Counted from the stretch's first letter, positions 9,018-19,841 are shown. The stretch is 64,000 nucleotides of DNA from Abditibacterium sp. (GCA_965246885.1 OZ251992.1:2048001-2112000), one strand, 5' to 3'. Notes: generated from the sequence alone by a model not told the origin. Translations and numbers: made by a program.

Positions 9018-9728
9018 TCACGGCGCCGCCGGTTTACGCCCGAACACCAACCCCACCCGCGCCGCATACGCCCGCCACGCCTCGCCCCCCTTGGCCGCTA
9101 AGCGCTTCTCCGATTGCAAGACGCCCAGCACCATATAGACCGTCGAAGCCGCGAAGAAGCCCACCCAGTTCGTTTGCAGTATCGGCGCGGCCCACATGAT
9201 AACCAAGATAAGCCACTCGATGGCATGGCGGCTCCACCGGAACGGGCCGCGCTCATACGGCAGACCGTCGCCCCCGTCGGGCGATTGCGTTTCGGGTTCG
9301 GCGATGTCGGGCGCGTCCGCGAGGGCGTCGCGCGCCCCGTCCAATCCCGCAAAGCGGCGAAAGCGGAGTTCTTTGACGCCCCACCCCGCGATGAGCAAGG
9401 CGCCCAGTTGCACCGCCAAGTGAAGCGGTAGCGTCTTTTGGTTGGCACGGTAAACCGTCCGTTGCGGGCGCGACAACACGAACGCCACAAGCGCGCCCGT
9501 CGAAAGTAGCGACTGCACCATGAAGAACAGCCGGTAAAACCCGCGCCCATAGCGCTCGCCCAACGACCTGCGCGCCGCGCTCTTGGCCCCCGGCAAGCAC
9601 AGCGCGGAATGAAGCACACCAAACGCGAGAGTGGCGAGGAACGCCTCGAAGAACCCGCGCCGCGCGGCCTGTTTGGATGTCAAAGGCGCTGCCAATGGCA
9701 GGGCGCGCAGGAAGGAGGAGAATCTCAC
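9018..9728 (-). CDS. NnrU/isoprenylcysteine carboxyl methyltransferase-like membrane protein
   Basis: FGVLHSALC..YRLFF, GPFRWSRH..(S)EKRL..G.AW..Y..RV pattern; several TM segments. Confidence 0.65.
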   Translation of the reverse strand: MRFSSFLRALPLAAPLTSKQAARRGFFEAFLATLAFGVLHSALCLPGAKSAARRSLGERYGRGFYRLFFMVQSLLSTGALVAFVLSRPQRTVYRANQKTLPLHLAVQLGALLIAGWGVKELRFRRFAGLDGARDALADAPDIAEPETQSPDGGDGLPYERGPFRWSRHAIEWLILVIMWAAPILQTNWVGFFAASTVYMVLGVLQSEKRLAAKGGEAWRAYAARVGLVFGRKPAAP

Positions 9729-9767
9729 GGCGCCCCACGCGGCAAAGGCCGCGCCGCGCTTGGCTCC

Positions 9768-11321
9768 TTACGGCGTTCGCCAAAAGTTCAAGCTCGTGCG
9801 CGCCCCGATCCACACGCCCGACGCGTCGGGGAGCAGCGCCTGATCTTCGGCGTCGAGCCACGCCACTTGCACCTTCGTCGCGTGGTCGCCTTGAATTTGG
9901 AACAGACCATGCCGCGTCGCGGCCAACACGCTTTTCCCGTCGGGCGACGCGCACAGCGACGTCACGTTCTCGCCCCGAAGTTCGGGGAAGACGAACCACG
10001 CAACGCCATCCAAACGCGCCAAACCGCCCACAAAGGTGCCTGCGTAGATGTGACCGCCGAACTTGCCCAGTGTCGTTACCCAGTCGTCGGGCAGACCGCT
10101 TCTCTCATCGAGCCATCGAAACGCCCCCGTCGCGCGGTTCCACACTCCCAATCCCCGACTCTGCGTGGCGAGGTAAACCGCATCGCCGTCCGCCAAAACG
10201 CCTACTATCGGTATGCCTTTCAGCGCGGGAATGTCGGTATGCGGCGTCCAAGTCGCGCCGTCCCACTCGCAAAAACCGCCCCAACCCGTCGCAACCAAGC
10301 GCGTCTCGTCGCCGCCGAGCGCGTAAATGCCCCGGCGCGGAATGGTGGCAAGAGCGTTCTTCGTCCACTTCGTGCCGTCGAAGGAGTCCACCACGCCTGT
10401 GCCAAACCGCACATACAACGTGTCGCGCCATATGAACCCTCCGCGCGGCGCGCTCGAACTCAGGTCGGGCGTCGTCACGTGCCGCCACGTCGCGCCGTCG
10501 CGGTAAACAAGCCCATCATCGAGCGTTGAAGCCCACAACACGCCCCGAAAGCGCGTCAGGAATTGGACGTTGTGCGACCACACTTCCCCTTCTTGCATCC
10601 ACTGCGTCCATTTCTCGTTCGCGCGGTGCCAGATGCCCGCCCTTCGCGTGCCGACCCATAGCATCCGCTCGTCGCCCGCAAGCGCCGTGATTTCGCGCGC
10701 TGCGTCGGGCACATTGTTCGCTTCGCGCACCCACTGCGCGCCATCGAAACAATACAGCCCGTCGCCGGAAATGGCCGCTTCGAGAGACGTCGGCCACGCC
10801 AAAACAGCCGCTAAGTGCGTGCCGGCAGACGTCGGCGGAAGAGGGAACGCCTTCCCGCCCACCTCCACCGACTCCGGCGACACCTTCACCGCCTTCCCGC
10901 GCCATGTCATTTTCATCGGCGCTTTGCCGAACGGCAGTGCACTTTCGCCCGCCCACGTCCCGTTTTCCAAGCGCGCCGTCGCTACCGGAAAACGCGCCGT
11001 CCCATTTTCGTCCACCGCAAACGTTTCGTTGGCGGGCAACCCCTGCGCCCGCGTCCATTTCGTCCCTTGGTCGCCCTCGTAGCGCAACACCCCGCCCGCA
11101 GTCGCCGCCCACAGCGTTTGCGTTTTGGCGTTCCAACTCAACCCCCGAACTTCGCGTGTCGCGGTGAAGACTGTATCCTGCGCGGGCACCTCGGACGGCG
11201 CGAGCGGTGCCGCGCAACTGCCAAGGGGCAACAGTAGCGACAGGGACAGCGCGAGCAGTCCCCATCGCCAAGGGGTTGGACGGCAGTTAAAAAGAGGCAT
11301 AAGGGAAAGCGGCGCCGTCAA
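9768..11321 (-). CDS. Exported beta-propeller protein (two-component regulator propeller-type repeats), possible lipoprotein
   Basis: Repeats LWAATAGG, LWVGT..G, LWASTLDDGL, GLPDDWVT, IYAGTFVGGL; signal peptide ending LGSC. Confidence 0.75.
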   Translation of the reverse strand: MTAPLSLMPLFNCRPTPWRWGLLALSLSLLLPLGSCAAPLAPSEVPAQDTVFTATREVRGLSWNAKTQTLWAATAGGVLRYEGDQGTKWTRAQGLPANETFAVDENGTARFPVATARLENGTWAGESALPFGKAPMKMTWRGKAVKVSPESVEVGGKAFPLPPTSAGTHLAAVLAWPTSLEAAISGDGLYCFDGAQWVREANNVPDAAREITALAGDERMLWVGTRRAGIWHRANEKWTQWMQEGEVWSHNVQFLTRFRGVLWASTLDDGLVYRDGATWRHVTTPDLSSSAPRGGFIWRDTLYVRFGTGVVDSFDGTKWTKNALATIPRRGIYALGGDETRLVATGWGGFCEWDGATWTPHTDIPALKGIPIVGVLADGDAVYLATQSRGLGVWNRATGAFRWLDERSGLPDDWVTTLGKFGGHIYAGTFVGGLARLDGVAWFVFPELRGENVTSLCASPDGKSVLAATRHGLFQIQGDHATKVQVAWLDAEDQALLPDASGVWIGARTSLNFWRTP

Positions 11322-11322
11322 G

Positions 11323-13944
11323 TCAATTGATGGCGCCGCGCGGTTCAGTCCAATCGAGCGCGATCTCGGTGCGGTTGTGCGCGTGGTCGGTCAGAATCAG
11401 TGTCACGACCGCGCGTTTGCCCGCAAAAGCCGCCGGAGTTCGCACGGGAGAGGAGAAGATGTGGCCGCTCTTGTCCAAGTTAAGCCGCTCGCCCCAAGGC
11501 ATCAGCGCCACGACGCGCTCGACATCCTCGCCCGCTTCGAGCGTAACCGACGCGCCGCCCGCACCCACAGAAGCCTTACCGGTGGGCGCGTGGGTGTTCA
11601 CGCGATAAACAAGCGACAACCTTTGCCGCGTGCCACCCCGCCGCGCGATAACGACTTGCACGGCATAGGGGCCATCGGGCGCATAGGTGGGAATGTCGAA
11701 GCGCGCTTCCCATTTTCCCGTCAGTGCGCTACGTTGGAGCGGAAGCGGCGTGCCATCGGGCAGAATTGCCAAGACGGACAGCGTGTCGGCGGGCGCCTTG
11801 ATGGAGATGAGCGGGTCGCCCGGTTGCGCCGAGAAGGTGCCATTCCCCGGCGCGTTCGAGACGCCATAACGCGGCGTTTGGCTCGCGCCCGCCATCGGGC
11901 CGTCCACGCCTTCGGGCACCTCGGACGGCACATCGTTGGTCGCTTGCTTCCCGCCGGGATTGACGACTTTGTCCTCGACGGCGACGAAACTGGTGTATTT
12001 GGACATCAAGCGGTGCGCGAGGCAAAGCTGCGTGATGTCCTCCTTCTTTGATTCGTCCACGTTTTGGCGTTCGAGGGCGTCCACCTGCGCGCGCGCCCAC
12101 AGACTTTCGAGCGCCGGATTATCTTGTCGCGCCGCGCCCAAGTCAACGGGGATAGCGCGCTTCCACGCCCGCCCACCCGAAAACCCGGACAGCGTGATGG
12201 CGCCCCGCGCGGCCTTGGTATAGCGGCCCACGATGATGATGGGCTGCGTTTGGAACACGTCGCCGATGGGGTCGGGCGAAACGGCTTCAATGGGCAAAGC
12301 GCCGAACGACACGCGCGGGGAAATCAGAACGGGCGTTTCGATGTGGCTGTTAAAGCGTTGGATGGCTTCGACGGCGCTCTTCTGCTCTTTGAGGTTCTGC
12401 TTGAGTTGGGCGCGGTCGGCATCGGACGCGACGGGTTGGTCTAAGGTGCGCTCGAACTCGGCGCGCGACAGGCCCATCGTGATAGTCTCGAAACTGCCGT
12501 TGCCCTCGCGCGCCATGCCTTCGAGCAGGGCGCGGTTAACGCTGTTGCCCATGCCAAACGGGAAAACGCGGGTGGTGCCCCGGTTTTTGCGCTCGAAATC
12601 GAGGATCTGTTCGTCGTTGCCGACAAAGCCGTCCGTCAGATACACCACGACGCGCAACCGCTTTGGATCGGCGGGCGCTTTCAGCGCGACGGCGAGCGCT
12701 TTCAGGATATCCGTCCCGCCCCCGGCGTTGAGCGCGTTTATGAACTTCGTCGCTTTGGACAAGTTCGCGCTCGTGGGCCGGACGGAGCCGGAAAAGCAGG
12801 GGAACACGTCGGTATTGAACGCTAACACTTGAAAGGTGTCGTTGAGGCGTAGGTGTTTGAGCGCCTCGTGCATAGCTTCCTTGGATTTTTCAATGGGGAA
12901 ACCCTGCTGCGAGCCGGTTTGGTCTACAACGAACACTAACTCGCGCGGGGAAATATCGGCCCGCTTGGGCACGGCGGGCGGTTGCATCACAAGGGCGAAA
13001 TAACCACCGCCGTGCCCGTCGCTTTGTGTTAGGAGGCCCGACGCGAGGTGTTCGCCCGCCACTTGATAGCGCAAGATGAAGTCGCGGTTGGGCAGGGTGG
13101 CTTGATCCATGAGTTCGATTTGTGCGCCGTTGGCGCTCTCGCGGTTGATGGAAATCGGGTGCAAGAGCGAGCGGATGTTACCGACGGGCACGCCCGCATC
13201 GAGCGTGACATGAAGCGAGAGGTCGTGTCCCGACCGCGTGCCGGGAAGCGCGTAAGGCGGCTTGATTTTGTCGGCGTCGGACACTTCGCCCGTGTTTCCC
13301 CGTGACGCGGCGGCGTCCAATAGGCCCGATGCGCCCGTGTATCGCGGGCCGACGACGGTGGGAAAGGCCCACTCGTAGGCGCCGTTCTTGTAGTCAAGGG
13401 TTTGCACGAAGGAAATCCGCACCGTGATTTTGTCGCCGGGCATAATGTTGGCGACGCTTTGCGTGAAGATATTAGCGCGCTCTTGGTCAAGCAACGCCGA
13501 GCGTTTGCCCGCCGCTTTCGCCGCTTGGTAAATCTTTCGCGCCGCTTCGCGCTCCTTAATTTGGCCCAACACGCGGCGCGCTCCGATGCGGAACTCCATG
13601 CCATCTACTGCCGCGTGTTCGGGCAGGGGGAAGGTGTAGATCGCTTCGACGGGCACTTTGGAGGGGTTGGAGAACTGCTGCTCGACCTCGACGCGCGCGA
13701 CGGAGCCGGAAATATGCGCCGATACGTCGGTATGCGTAAGCGCCGAAAACCCGGTAGCCCCAGAAGTGGAAACCAATTGCAGTTGCCCGCCCACGCGCGG
13801 CTCGTCGGGCGCATCGAGCAACTGCCGGTTGGACAGCGCGCGCACACCGGGTTGCGGATCGTGCGCGTCTTGCGCGGGCGCTATGCCCACAAGGGCGCCC
13901 ACGAAAAGCGGCGCCAACAGAAAGGGAAAAACGGAGTTGTTCAT
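11323..13944 (-). CDS. Exported VIT + vWA domain protein
   Basis: Signal peptide; VIT (VEVEQQFSNP..EAIYTFPLP..AV); vWA (FVVDQTGSQ..GGTD..LTDG); C-terminal extension. Confidence 0.9.
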   Translation of the reverse strand: MNNSVFPFLLAPLFVGALVGIAPAQDAHDPQPGVRALSNRQLLDAPDEPRVGGQLQLVSTSGATGFSALTHTDVSAHISGSVARVEVEQQFSNPSKVPVEAIYTFPLPEHAAVDGMEFRIGARRVLGQIKEREAARKIYQAAKAAGKRSALLDQERANIFTQSVANIMPGDKITVRISFVQTLDYKNGAYEWAFPTVVGPRYTGASGLLDAAASRGNTGEVSDADKIKPPYALPGTRSGHDLSLHVTLDAGVPVGNIRSLLHPISINRESANGAQIELMDQATLPNRDFILRYQVAGEHLASGLLTQSDGHGGGYFALVMQPPAVPKRADISPRELVFVVDQTGSQQGFPIEKSKEAMHEALKHLRLNDTFQVLAFNTDVFPCFSGSVRPTSANLSKATKFINALNAGGGTDILKALAVALKAPADPKRLRVVVYLTDGFVGNDEQILDFERKNRGTTRVFPFGMGNSVNRALLEGMAREGNGSFETITMGLSRAEFERTLDQPVASDADRAQLKQNLKEQKSAVEAIQRFNSHIETPVLISPRVSFGALPIEAVSPDPIGDVFQTQPIIIVGRYTKAARGAITLSGFSGGRAWKRAIPVDLGAARQDNPALESLWARAQVDALERQNVDESKKEDITQLCLAHRLMSKYTSFVAVEDKVVNPGGKQATNDVPSEVPEGVDGPMAGASQTPRYGVSNAPGNGTFSAQPGDPLISIKAPADTLSVLAILPDGTPLPLQRSALTGKWEARFDIPTYAPDGPYAVQVVIARRGGTRQRLSLVYRVNTHAPTGKASVGAGGASVTLEAGEDVERVVALMPWGERLNLDKSGHIFSSPVRTPAAFAGKRAVVTLILTDHAHNRTEIALDWTEPRGAIN

Positions 13945-14130
13945 CGGATGAAACGCCGCGTCTCGACACGGTGTTAATATGAATTGTAAGGGCGTCGGGG
14001 GAAAAAGTCAAGGGGGAATTGGAAATATGACGCGGATTTATTTTTCCAGTCGTGGCAAGGGTGAATCGTCCTCTTTGGAACGCCGGGGGCGCCGCGCCCT
14101 TCTGACTTGGGGCGCGCGGGCGCGAACTTT

Positions 14131-15279
14131 ATGACGTGGGTCTCTTGGCTGGAACTGTTGCTGGGTGTGGCGGTGATCGTGCTCGTGCTACACGATGTCT
14201 TTCAGGGCGTGGTGGTGCCGCGCTGGAGTTCGCGCTCTTTCCGCGTCGCGCCGCACTTGATCGAGAACTTTTGGCGCTTGTGGCGGCGCTTGGGCGAAGG
14301 GCGCGAAGTGGGCGATGCGCGCGAGGACTTTCTGGGCACCTTCGCGCCGCTCGCGCTTATGACGAACCTCATCTCGTGGGTGCTGCTACTCATCGCGGGT
14401 TATGCGCTGTGCTTCTGGGCGCTACGTGAGCAAACGCGCCCGCATTTGCACTCGTTCGGCGAGGCGTTCTACATGGCGGGCGCGACGCTTCTCACCATCG
14501 GCTATGGCGACTTCTCCTCGTCGGGCGGCATGGCGCGCGCGGTTTCGCTCGCAGCGGGCGCGTCGGGGCTGGCGATTTTCGCGCTCGTGATTTCGTTTTT
14601 GTTCACGCTATACGGCGCCGTCGAAACGCGCGAAACGAAAGTGCTCATGCTCGACGCGCGCGCCGGAAGCCCGCCGTCGGGCGTGTCGTTGCTGCTTTCG
14701 TACGCCGAACTCGACCTCTTGTCCACCCTGCCGAAGTTCTTCGAGGAGTGGGAGGAATGGTCGGCGCGCTTGCTCCAGTCGCACATCGCCTACCCCGTCC
14801 TGCCGTTCTTCCGCTCGTCCCACGAAAACGAAAGCTGGATCGGCGCGCTTGGCGCCGTTCTCGATGCCGCCACCCTGTTGCTTTCGACCATCGAACACGG
14901 CCCTCGGACTAACTGCGGCGATCAACCGCTCGGCGCGGCGCGTTTGATGCTGCGCTTGGGCACGCACACCTTAGTTGATTTGGGCCATTATTTCGGCTAC
15001 CGCTTCGAGGAAGCGACCAAGCACAACCCCATCGTCGGCGTTGAGCGCAACGAGTGGGATGCGGCGCGGCGGCAACTGTCCCACGCCGGGTTTACGCTCA
15101 AGCCCGCCGACGAAGCGTGGCCCGAATTCGCCAAGTTGCGCGCGCCCTACGCGCCCTATCTGAACGAGTTGGCCAAGCACGTCGCCGCGCCGCCGATGCA
15201 GTGGATCGGCGACCGCTCCACCATTTCCCTCTACCACCGCGCGCCGGGGAAGTCGGGCGTGGCGCCCAAGGAGGCTTGA
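14131..15279 (+). CDS. Potassium channel family protein (two-TM pore domain)
   Basis: Selectivity filter TIGYGD; conserved SH..YPVL.FFRS..SW C-terminal domain. Confidence 0.85.
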   Translation: MTWVSWLELLLGVAVIVLVLHDVFQGVVVPRWSSRSFRVAPHLIENFWRLWRRLGEGREVGDAREDFLGTFAPLALMTNLISWVLLLIAGYALCFWALREQTRPHLHSFGEAFYMAGATLLTIGYGDFSSSGGMARAVSLAAGASGLAIFALVISFLFTLYGAVETRETKVLMLDARAGSPPSGVSLLLSYAELDLLSTLPKFFEEWEEWSARLLQSHIAYPVLPFFRSSHENESWIGALGAVLDAATLLLSTIEHGPRTNCGDQPLGAARLMLRLGTHTLVDLGHYFGYRFEEATKHNPIVGVERNEWDAARRQLSHAGFTLKPADEAWPEFAKLRAPYAPYLNELAKHVAAPPMQWIGDRSTISLYHRAPGKSGVAPKEA

Positions 15280-15301
15280 CACTCGCCAAACTCCCTCACT
15301 C

Positions 15302-15916
15302 GTGAATCTCCGCCCGTTCCATCTGCCCAAATCGCCGCTTCCCACGCCCGTCGTGTCGCCTTGGAAGCCGTATCGCGCGCTCGTCTTGGTCTTAGCGTTT
15401 CACCTGCTCGGCACGACGTGGGGGCGCGGGTGGGGATGGGGCGCGGCGCATTTCGACTTGCCGTTGTGCTACGCGGTATGTGTGGCGCTTTTAGGCGGAT
15501 GGGAAGTCGGCGCGTGGGCGGGGGCGCTGGCGGGCATCTTGTGGATGTGGACGGCGTGGCAATTTCCCGGCTCGGTTCTGGTATCGCACCTGCTGCCGTC
15601 AATATTGGTGGGCGCCTTGGCGAAGCGATTACCGCCGCTCCATCCGCTCGTGCCGCCCTTGATGGGCGCGCTCGCGGCGGTGACTTCCGATTGCGCGTTT
15701 GCGTTGCTGAGTCCGCGTGCCCTGCCACTTTCCGCTTGGCTGGAGCACGCGCCGCGCTTTGCCTTTGTGCAAGCGTTGGCGATGTGGCCGGTGATGGCGT
15801 GCGTCGTATGGGTGGCCAAGGTGCGGCAACGGCCCTTGTTCTCGCAACGCTCCGCAACGCGGGCGGGGGAGCGGCGGTCAAAAGCGCGCTTCCCCGTGAA
15901 GCCCTCGCCTCGATGA
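15302..15916 (+). CDS. Membrane protein, MreD-like
   Basis: About 5 TM; DLPL..VALLGG.E.GA..GALAG pattern resembles MreD; ATGA overlap with next gene. No mreBC nearby. Confidence 0.5.
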   Translation: MNLRPFHLPKSPLPTPVVSPWKPYRALVLVLAFHLLGTTWGRGWGWGAAHFDLPLCYAVCVALLGGWEVGAWAGALAGILWMWTAWQFPGSVLVSHLLPSILVGALAKRLPPLHPLVPPLMGALAAVTSDCAFALLSPRALPLSAWLEHAPRFAFVQALAMWPVMACVVWVAKVRQRPLFSQRSATRAGERRSKARFPVKPSPR

Positions 15917-18606
15917 AAACCACCTTTCGCCTCGCGCTCGCCTTGGGCCTCGCCGTTCCCTTTGCCGCTCCGGTCGCGGCGCAAACCCGCTCGGTCGCGT
16001 CGGCCCGTGTTCTGCGCCGCGCGCGCTTGGCCAGCGCCTTTCCGATGCTGTCCTTGCGCGCGAACCTGATTCCCGCCCACATCGGCGCCCCGCGCGGGGG
16101 TGTGTCGGTCGCCGCCGCCCAAACGCGCGCGACGGGGACTTTGGGCTATAACTTCGTCGGCTACACCGACGCACAAAAAGCGGAACTGTCCGGCTTCTTG
16201 CAAACCAACGCCGCGCTCATCACGCAGGTCTGGGGCAACCCCGCGCCCGAACAAGCGGGCAAAACCGTCACCATCACTTCTGTTGCGGGCGCCGCGACCT
16301 ACTTTCCACCCGCCACCGACGCCAGCGCGGGGCAAATCGAGTTCGGCTACGTCAACACCGGCATCCTCAACGATAACCCCTTCCGCCTTCTCAAGCTGGT
16401 CTTGCTCGCTTATCAAGGCCCGCGCGTCCCGTCGTTTAACTACGGGGCGGGTAGCACCATTGAGCCGTACTCCCTCGGCGCGTCCGAAGCGGCGGCGCTG
16501 CAAATCCTGTATCTCGCCCAAGGCTCCCCCGCTTCTTTCGACCCGCGCTCCTACGTGGATTACGTGTTGCCGTTCTACGACGCTTTCAACGCCCCCGCCC
16601 TGGGCAATGCGTTCATCTACTCGCCCGATGGCCGCGATGTCGCCGTCTCGGACTTCCGCTTGGCGATGGCGCAGGCCGCCTTCCTCAAGCTCTTTGCCGA
16701 ACGTGCCACCTTCTTCAGCGATTTCAACGCTGCCTTATATGCGCGCGGGAGCGCCCGGAGCGCCGTCTCCGCCGACGACTTGGAAACCCTCGTCGCGGGC
16801 GTCGTGCCGACCGTTGAGGGGCTTCCCGCCCGCGCGTGGCTACGCGAGCAAAACGCCCTCAACGCCCGCGTGCGGAGCGGCAACAAGTTGCTCCTCATCG
16901 CGCTGCCTTCGCGCGCGAGCACAACGGGCGACACCCGTCCGCCCGTCGCCGTTTACGCCGAAGCGTTCGCCACCGACGCGAGCGGCAACGATTCCCCCCT
17001 GTTCGCGGGCGCGCCCACCGATGGCACCGGCGCCGCGCTTCCGGCTTATGGCACCCTTGATGCCCTCGACGAGACGGGCCGCAACGTCAACGCTTTCTCC
17101 TCCGAACTCGTGGGGTCGAGCGTGCTCAGCTTCAACTCCACCACCTCGCCCGGCGAAGCCACCAAAGCCGTTTCGTTTACGCCCTTCGGCACGCCCACCC
17201 CCGCCCGCGTGACCTTGCGCGCCCGCCTCAATGCCGTCGAGGGCACCACCATCTACCCCTTCGGCGCGGCGGGCACCACGACGGCGCCCGCCACCTTCTT
17301 CGGCGCCACCCTCGGCGGCACCAGTGGCAGCGTCACCGTCGCCAGCAACGGCCAAAGCCAAACCGTCCCCGTCGTGCGCGGCACCTTCTCCGCCACCCTT
17401 GCACCCGCGAGCGGCCCGCGCGTCCAGACCACCCTTGCCGTTGGCGGGCAAACCTTTGTGCGCAACTCGGCATGGTTGGCACCGGGAACGACGGTGCGCT
17501 CGTTGGAGTTCCTGCTTCCCGGCGCGGGCGCGGCGGTCGTCACCTCAACCTTGGCGCCCAATACCGCCAACGGTCAGTTGAAGATGATTGCCTTCCCGCT
17601 TCGCCCCGTTTTGCGCGACGAAGCGAGCGCCCTTGGCATCCCCGCCGCTTCGCTCGCTCTGGCGCGCTACCGGCCCGACCTGTCGCCCGCCGTGAGCGGA
17701 AGTGGCGGCTTGTCGTTTGGCATCGGCGGCTCCAAGTACGAGATATACCCCAACATCTCCCAAGGCCCGGAAGCCGGGCGCGGCTACTGGCTGAAAGTTC
17801 CGACGACTGGCTACTCCGCGCCCGTCGCTGGCACCTTCCCGCCCGCCAACCAAAATGCCGAAGTCGAACTCAAAGGCGGCTGGAACCAAATTGGCGCCCC
17901 GCGCGCGACGGCGGTGGACATCGGGAGCGTTCAAGTCCGCTTCGGCGGCTACTCGCCCGTTTCCCTCCAAGAAGCGCAGAATCGCGGCTGGGTCGCGCCC
18001 GGCGTGTGGCGCTATGACGGGAACCAAGGTTATGTGCGCGCCGATGTCGTGGGCGGCTCGCTTGTCCCTTGGGAGGGCTACTGGGTCTTCGCGTCGCCGG
18101 GAAGCGGCGTCCATTTGGTCTTCCCCGCCACCTCTTCGGCGCCCGCCAGTCGCGCTCTCACGGCGGCATCGGGCTGGAGTGTCGGGCTGGTCGCCGCCAG
18201 TTCCCGCTCGCGTGACACCAGCGCCTCCTTCGGCGTCTCGACCGCGACCCCCGCCGCCAAACCCCCCGTCGCCGCGCGCCAACTGAGCCTTTATTTCCCC
18301 CCGACCGGCGCCGCGTCCGCCAGTGGCGGCGGGACGGCGCAAGGCTTCTTGAAGACCTTGATCGGGCGCGGCGAGTGGCATTTCACCCTTGACGGCGCCA
18401 CCCAAGGCGAGCGCGTGACGCTCTCGTGGCCCCGCTTCGGCGCCCCCGCGAATGTGCGGTTGTTCCTGCGCGACGACGCGACTGACACCGCGACATGGAT
18501 AAGAGCGGGCGGTAGCGTCTCGCTTATTTCCAACGGCGCGCCGCGCCGCTTTACGGTGATTGGGGTTGTCGTCGGTGGGGGCAAGACGTCGGCAGGGGGG
18601 AGCTAA
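15913..18606 (+). CDS. Large secreted hypothetical protein
   Basis: Signal peptide MKTTFRLALALGLAVPFAAPVAAQ from ATG 15913; GRGYWLK, LKGGWNQIG, PWEGYWV motifs; beta-rich C-terminal half. Confidence 0.8.
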   Translation: MKTTFRLALALGLAVPFAAPVAAQTRSVASARVLRRARLASAFPMLSLRANLIPAHIGAPRGGVSVAAAQTRATGTLGYNFVGYTDAQKAELSGFLQTNAALITQVWGNPAPEQAGKTVTITSVAGAATYFPPATDASAGQIEFGYVNTGILNDNPFRLLKLVLLAYQGPRVPSFNYGAGSTIEPYSLGASEAAALQILYLAQGSPASFDPRSYVDYVLPFYDAFNAPALGNAFIYSPDGRDVAVSDFRLAMAQAAFLKLFAERATFFSDFNAALYARGSARSAVSADDLETLVAGVVPTVEGLPARAWLREQNALNARVRSGNKLLLIALPSRASTTGDTRPPVAVYAEAFATDASGNDSPLFAGAPTDGTGAALPAYGTLDALDETGRNVNAFSSELVGSSVLSFNSTTSPGEATKAVSFTPFGTPTPARVTLRARLNAVEGTTIYPFGAAGTTTAPATFFGATLGGTSGSVTVASNGQSQTVPVVRGTFSATLAPASGPRVQTTLAVGGQTFVRNSAWLAPGTTVRSLEFLLPGAGAAVVTSTLAPNTANGQLKMIAFPLRPVLRDEASALGIPAASLALARYRPDLSPAVSGSGGLSFGIGGSKYEIYPNISQGPEAGRGYWLKVPTTGYSAPVAGTFPPANQNAEVELKGGWNQIGAPRATAVDIGSVQVRFGGYSPVSLQEAQNRGWVAPGVWRYDGNQGYVRADVVGGSLVPWEGYWVFASPGSGVHLVFPATSSAPASRALTAASGWSVGLVAASSRSRDTSASFGVSTATPAAKPPVAARQLSLYFPPTGAASASGGGTAQGFLKTLIGRGEWHFTLDGATQGERVTLSWPRFGAPANVRLFLRDDATDTATWIRAGGSVSLISNGAPRRFTVIGVVVGGGKTSAGGS

Positions 18607-18608
18607 CC

Positions 18609-19217
18609 TTACTCCGCTTTCCCGTCTAACGCCCGCCACAGGAAGCGGCACGCGAGCGTTCGGTGGGGGCGCCAAGGTGCGGCGATTGCTTCCATCTCTC
18701 GCGCGTCGGGGCGGGCGGGCAGGGCATACAAGCGGCGCATCGCTTCTTGGATGCCCAAGTCACCGACCGGGAGCACATCCTCGCGGTGCAAGTGGAACAT
18801 CAGAAACATGTCGGCGCTCCAAGGCCCCAGCCCCTTGACGGCGGTAATTTCGGCGCGAATCGCCTCGTCGGGCAGGGCGTCCAGACGCGCAAGTTCCAAG
18901 CGCCCATCCGCGACGTGCTCCGACAAATTACGCAGGTAGCGGCCTTTAGCTCCAGATAAGCCAAGCGTCTTCGCCAGTTCGTCAGACAGCGCCAGCACCT
19001 TGGCGGGGTCGGGTGTGGCACCGAAGTGCGCGTCGAAGCGGGCGCGAATGGCACGCGCCGATGCAACCGATAGCTGCTGGCCGATGATGATGCCGCACAG
19101 CGCCGCAAAATGGTCGCCGCTTTCGCTGCGCGCTTCCAACTCGCCCACGCGCGCCATTGCATCGGCTAAAACCGCGTCGCTCGCGCGCAAGTGCTGCGTC
19201 GCCTTGTGTTGGTTCAT
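18609..19217 (-). CDS. alkA: DNA-3-methyladenine glycosylase II (AlkA, HhH-GPD family)
   Basis: IIGQQLS, GLSGAKGRY, VKGLGPWSADMFLMF.L.REDVLPVGDLG, WRPHRT.A motifs. Confidence 0.88.
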   Translation of the reverse strand: MNQHKATQHLRASDAVLADAMARVGELEARSESGDHFAALCGIIIGQQLSVASARAIRARFDAHFGATPDPAKVLALSDELAKTLGLSGAKGRYLRNLSEHVADGRLELARLDALPDEAIRAEITAVKGLGPWSADMFLMFHLHREDVLPVGDLGIQEAMRRLYALPARPDAREMEAIAAPWRPHRTLACRFLWRALDGKAE

Positions 19218-19280
19218 GTCCTCAGTGTGTCGCAAGGGCATTTGTTTCCGGTTGGCCAAAGCGTTAAAATGAGGGTGGCT

Positions 19281-19841
19281 ATGAGTTCTACCGCCATCGT
19301 CTTCCTCGTCGTTCTTCTGCTCGTCGTATGCATCCCGGTTGGCCTCTATAACGGCCTCGTGTCGCGGCGCAACGCCGTTGACAACGCCTTCGCTTCGCTC
19401 GACGCCAACTTGCAAAAGCGCTTCGACCTTGTGCCGAACCTCGTCGCCACCGTCCAAGGCTACGCCAGTCACGAGCGCCAACTTTTTGAAGATGTCACGC
19501 GCCTGCGTGGGGAAGTGCAAAATGCCCCCACGCCCGGCGCGCGCATTGAGGCCGACGCACAAATGGCACCGCTTTTAGGCCACATCCTGATGGTCGCCGA
19601 AGGCTACCCGCAGCTAAAAGCCAGCGCGAGCTTCGAGCAACTTCAGCGCACCCTGACAGAACTCGAAGAGCAAATTTCCGCCTCACGCCGCGCCTTTAAC
19701 GCCGCCATCACCGACTACAATACCGCCGTGCAAAGTTTCCCGTCCTCCGTCTTTGCGAGCGCCTTTGGCTTCGCGCAGCGCAACTTCTTCGCGGCGCAAC
19801 CCGACGCACGCGTGGCCCCCAACTTATCGGGCCAGTTTTGA
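19281..19841 (+). CDS. lemA: LemA family protein
   Basis: YNGLV..RN.V.NA...D..LQKRFDLVPNLV.TV.GY..HE, AEGYPQLKA, FPS..FA..FGF. Confidence 0.93.
   Translation: MSSTAIVFLVVLLLVVCIPVGLYNGLVSRRNAVDNAFASLDANLQKRFDLVPNLVATVQGYASHERQLFEDVTRLRGEVQNAPTPGARIEADAQMAPLLGHILMVAEGYPQLKASASFEQLQRTLTELEEQISASRRAFNAAITDYNTAVQSFPSSVFASAFGFAQRNFFAAQPDARVAPNLSGQF

Noticed and set aside
15361..15912. 5' extension of the 1081-aa ORF
   Set aside because: Overlaps the MreD-like gene; a clean signal peptide begins at ATG 15913.
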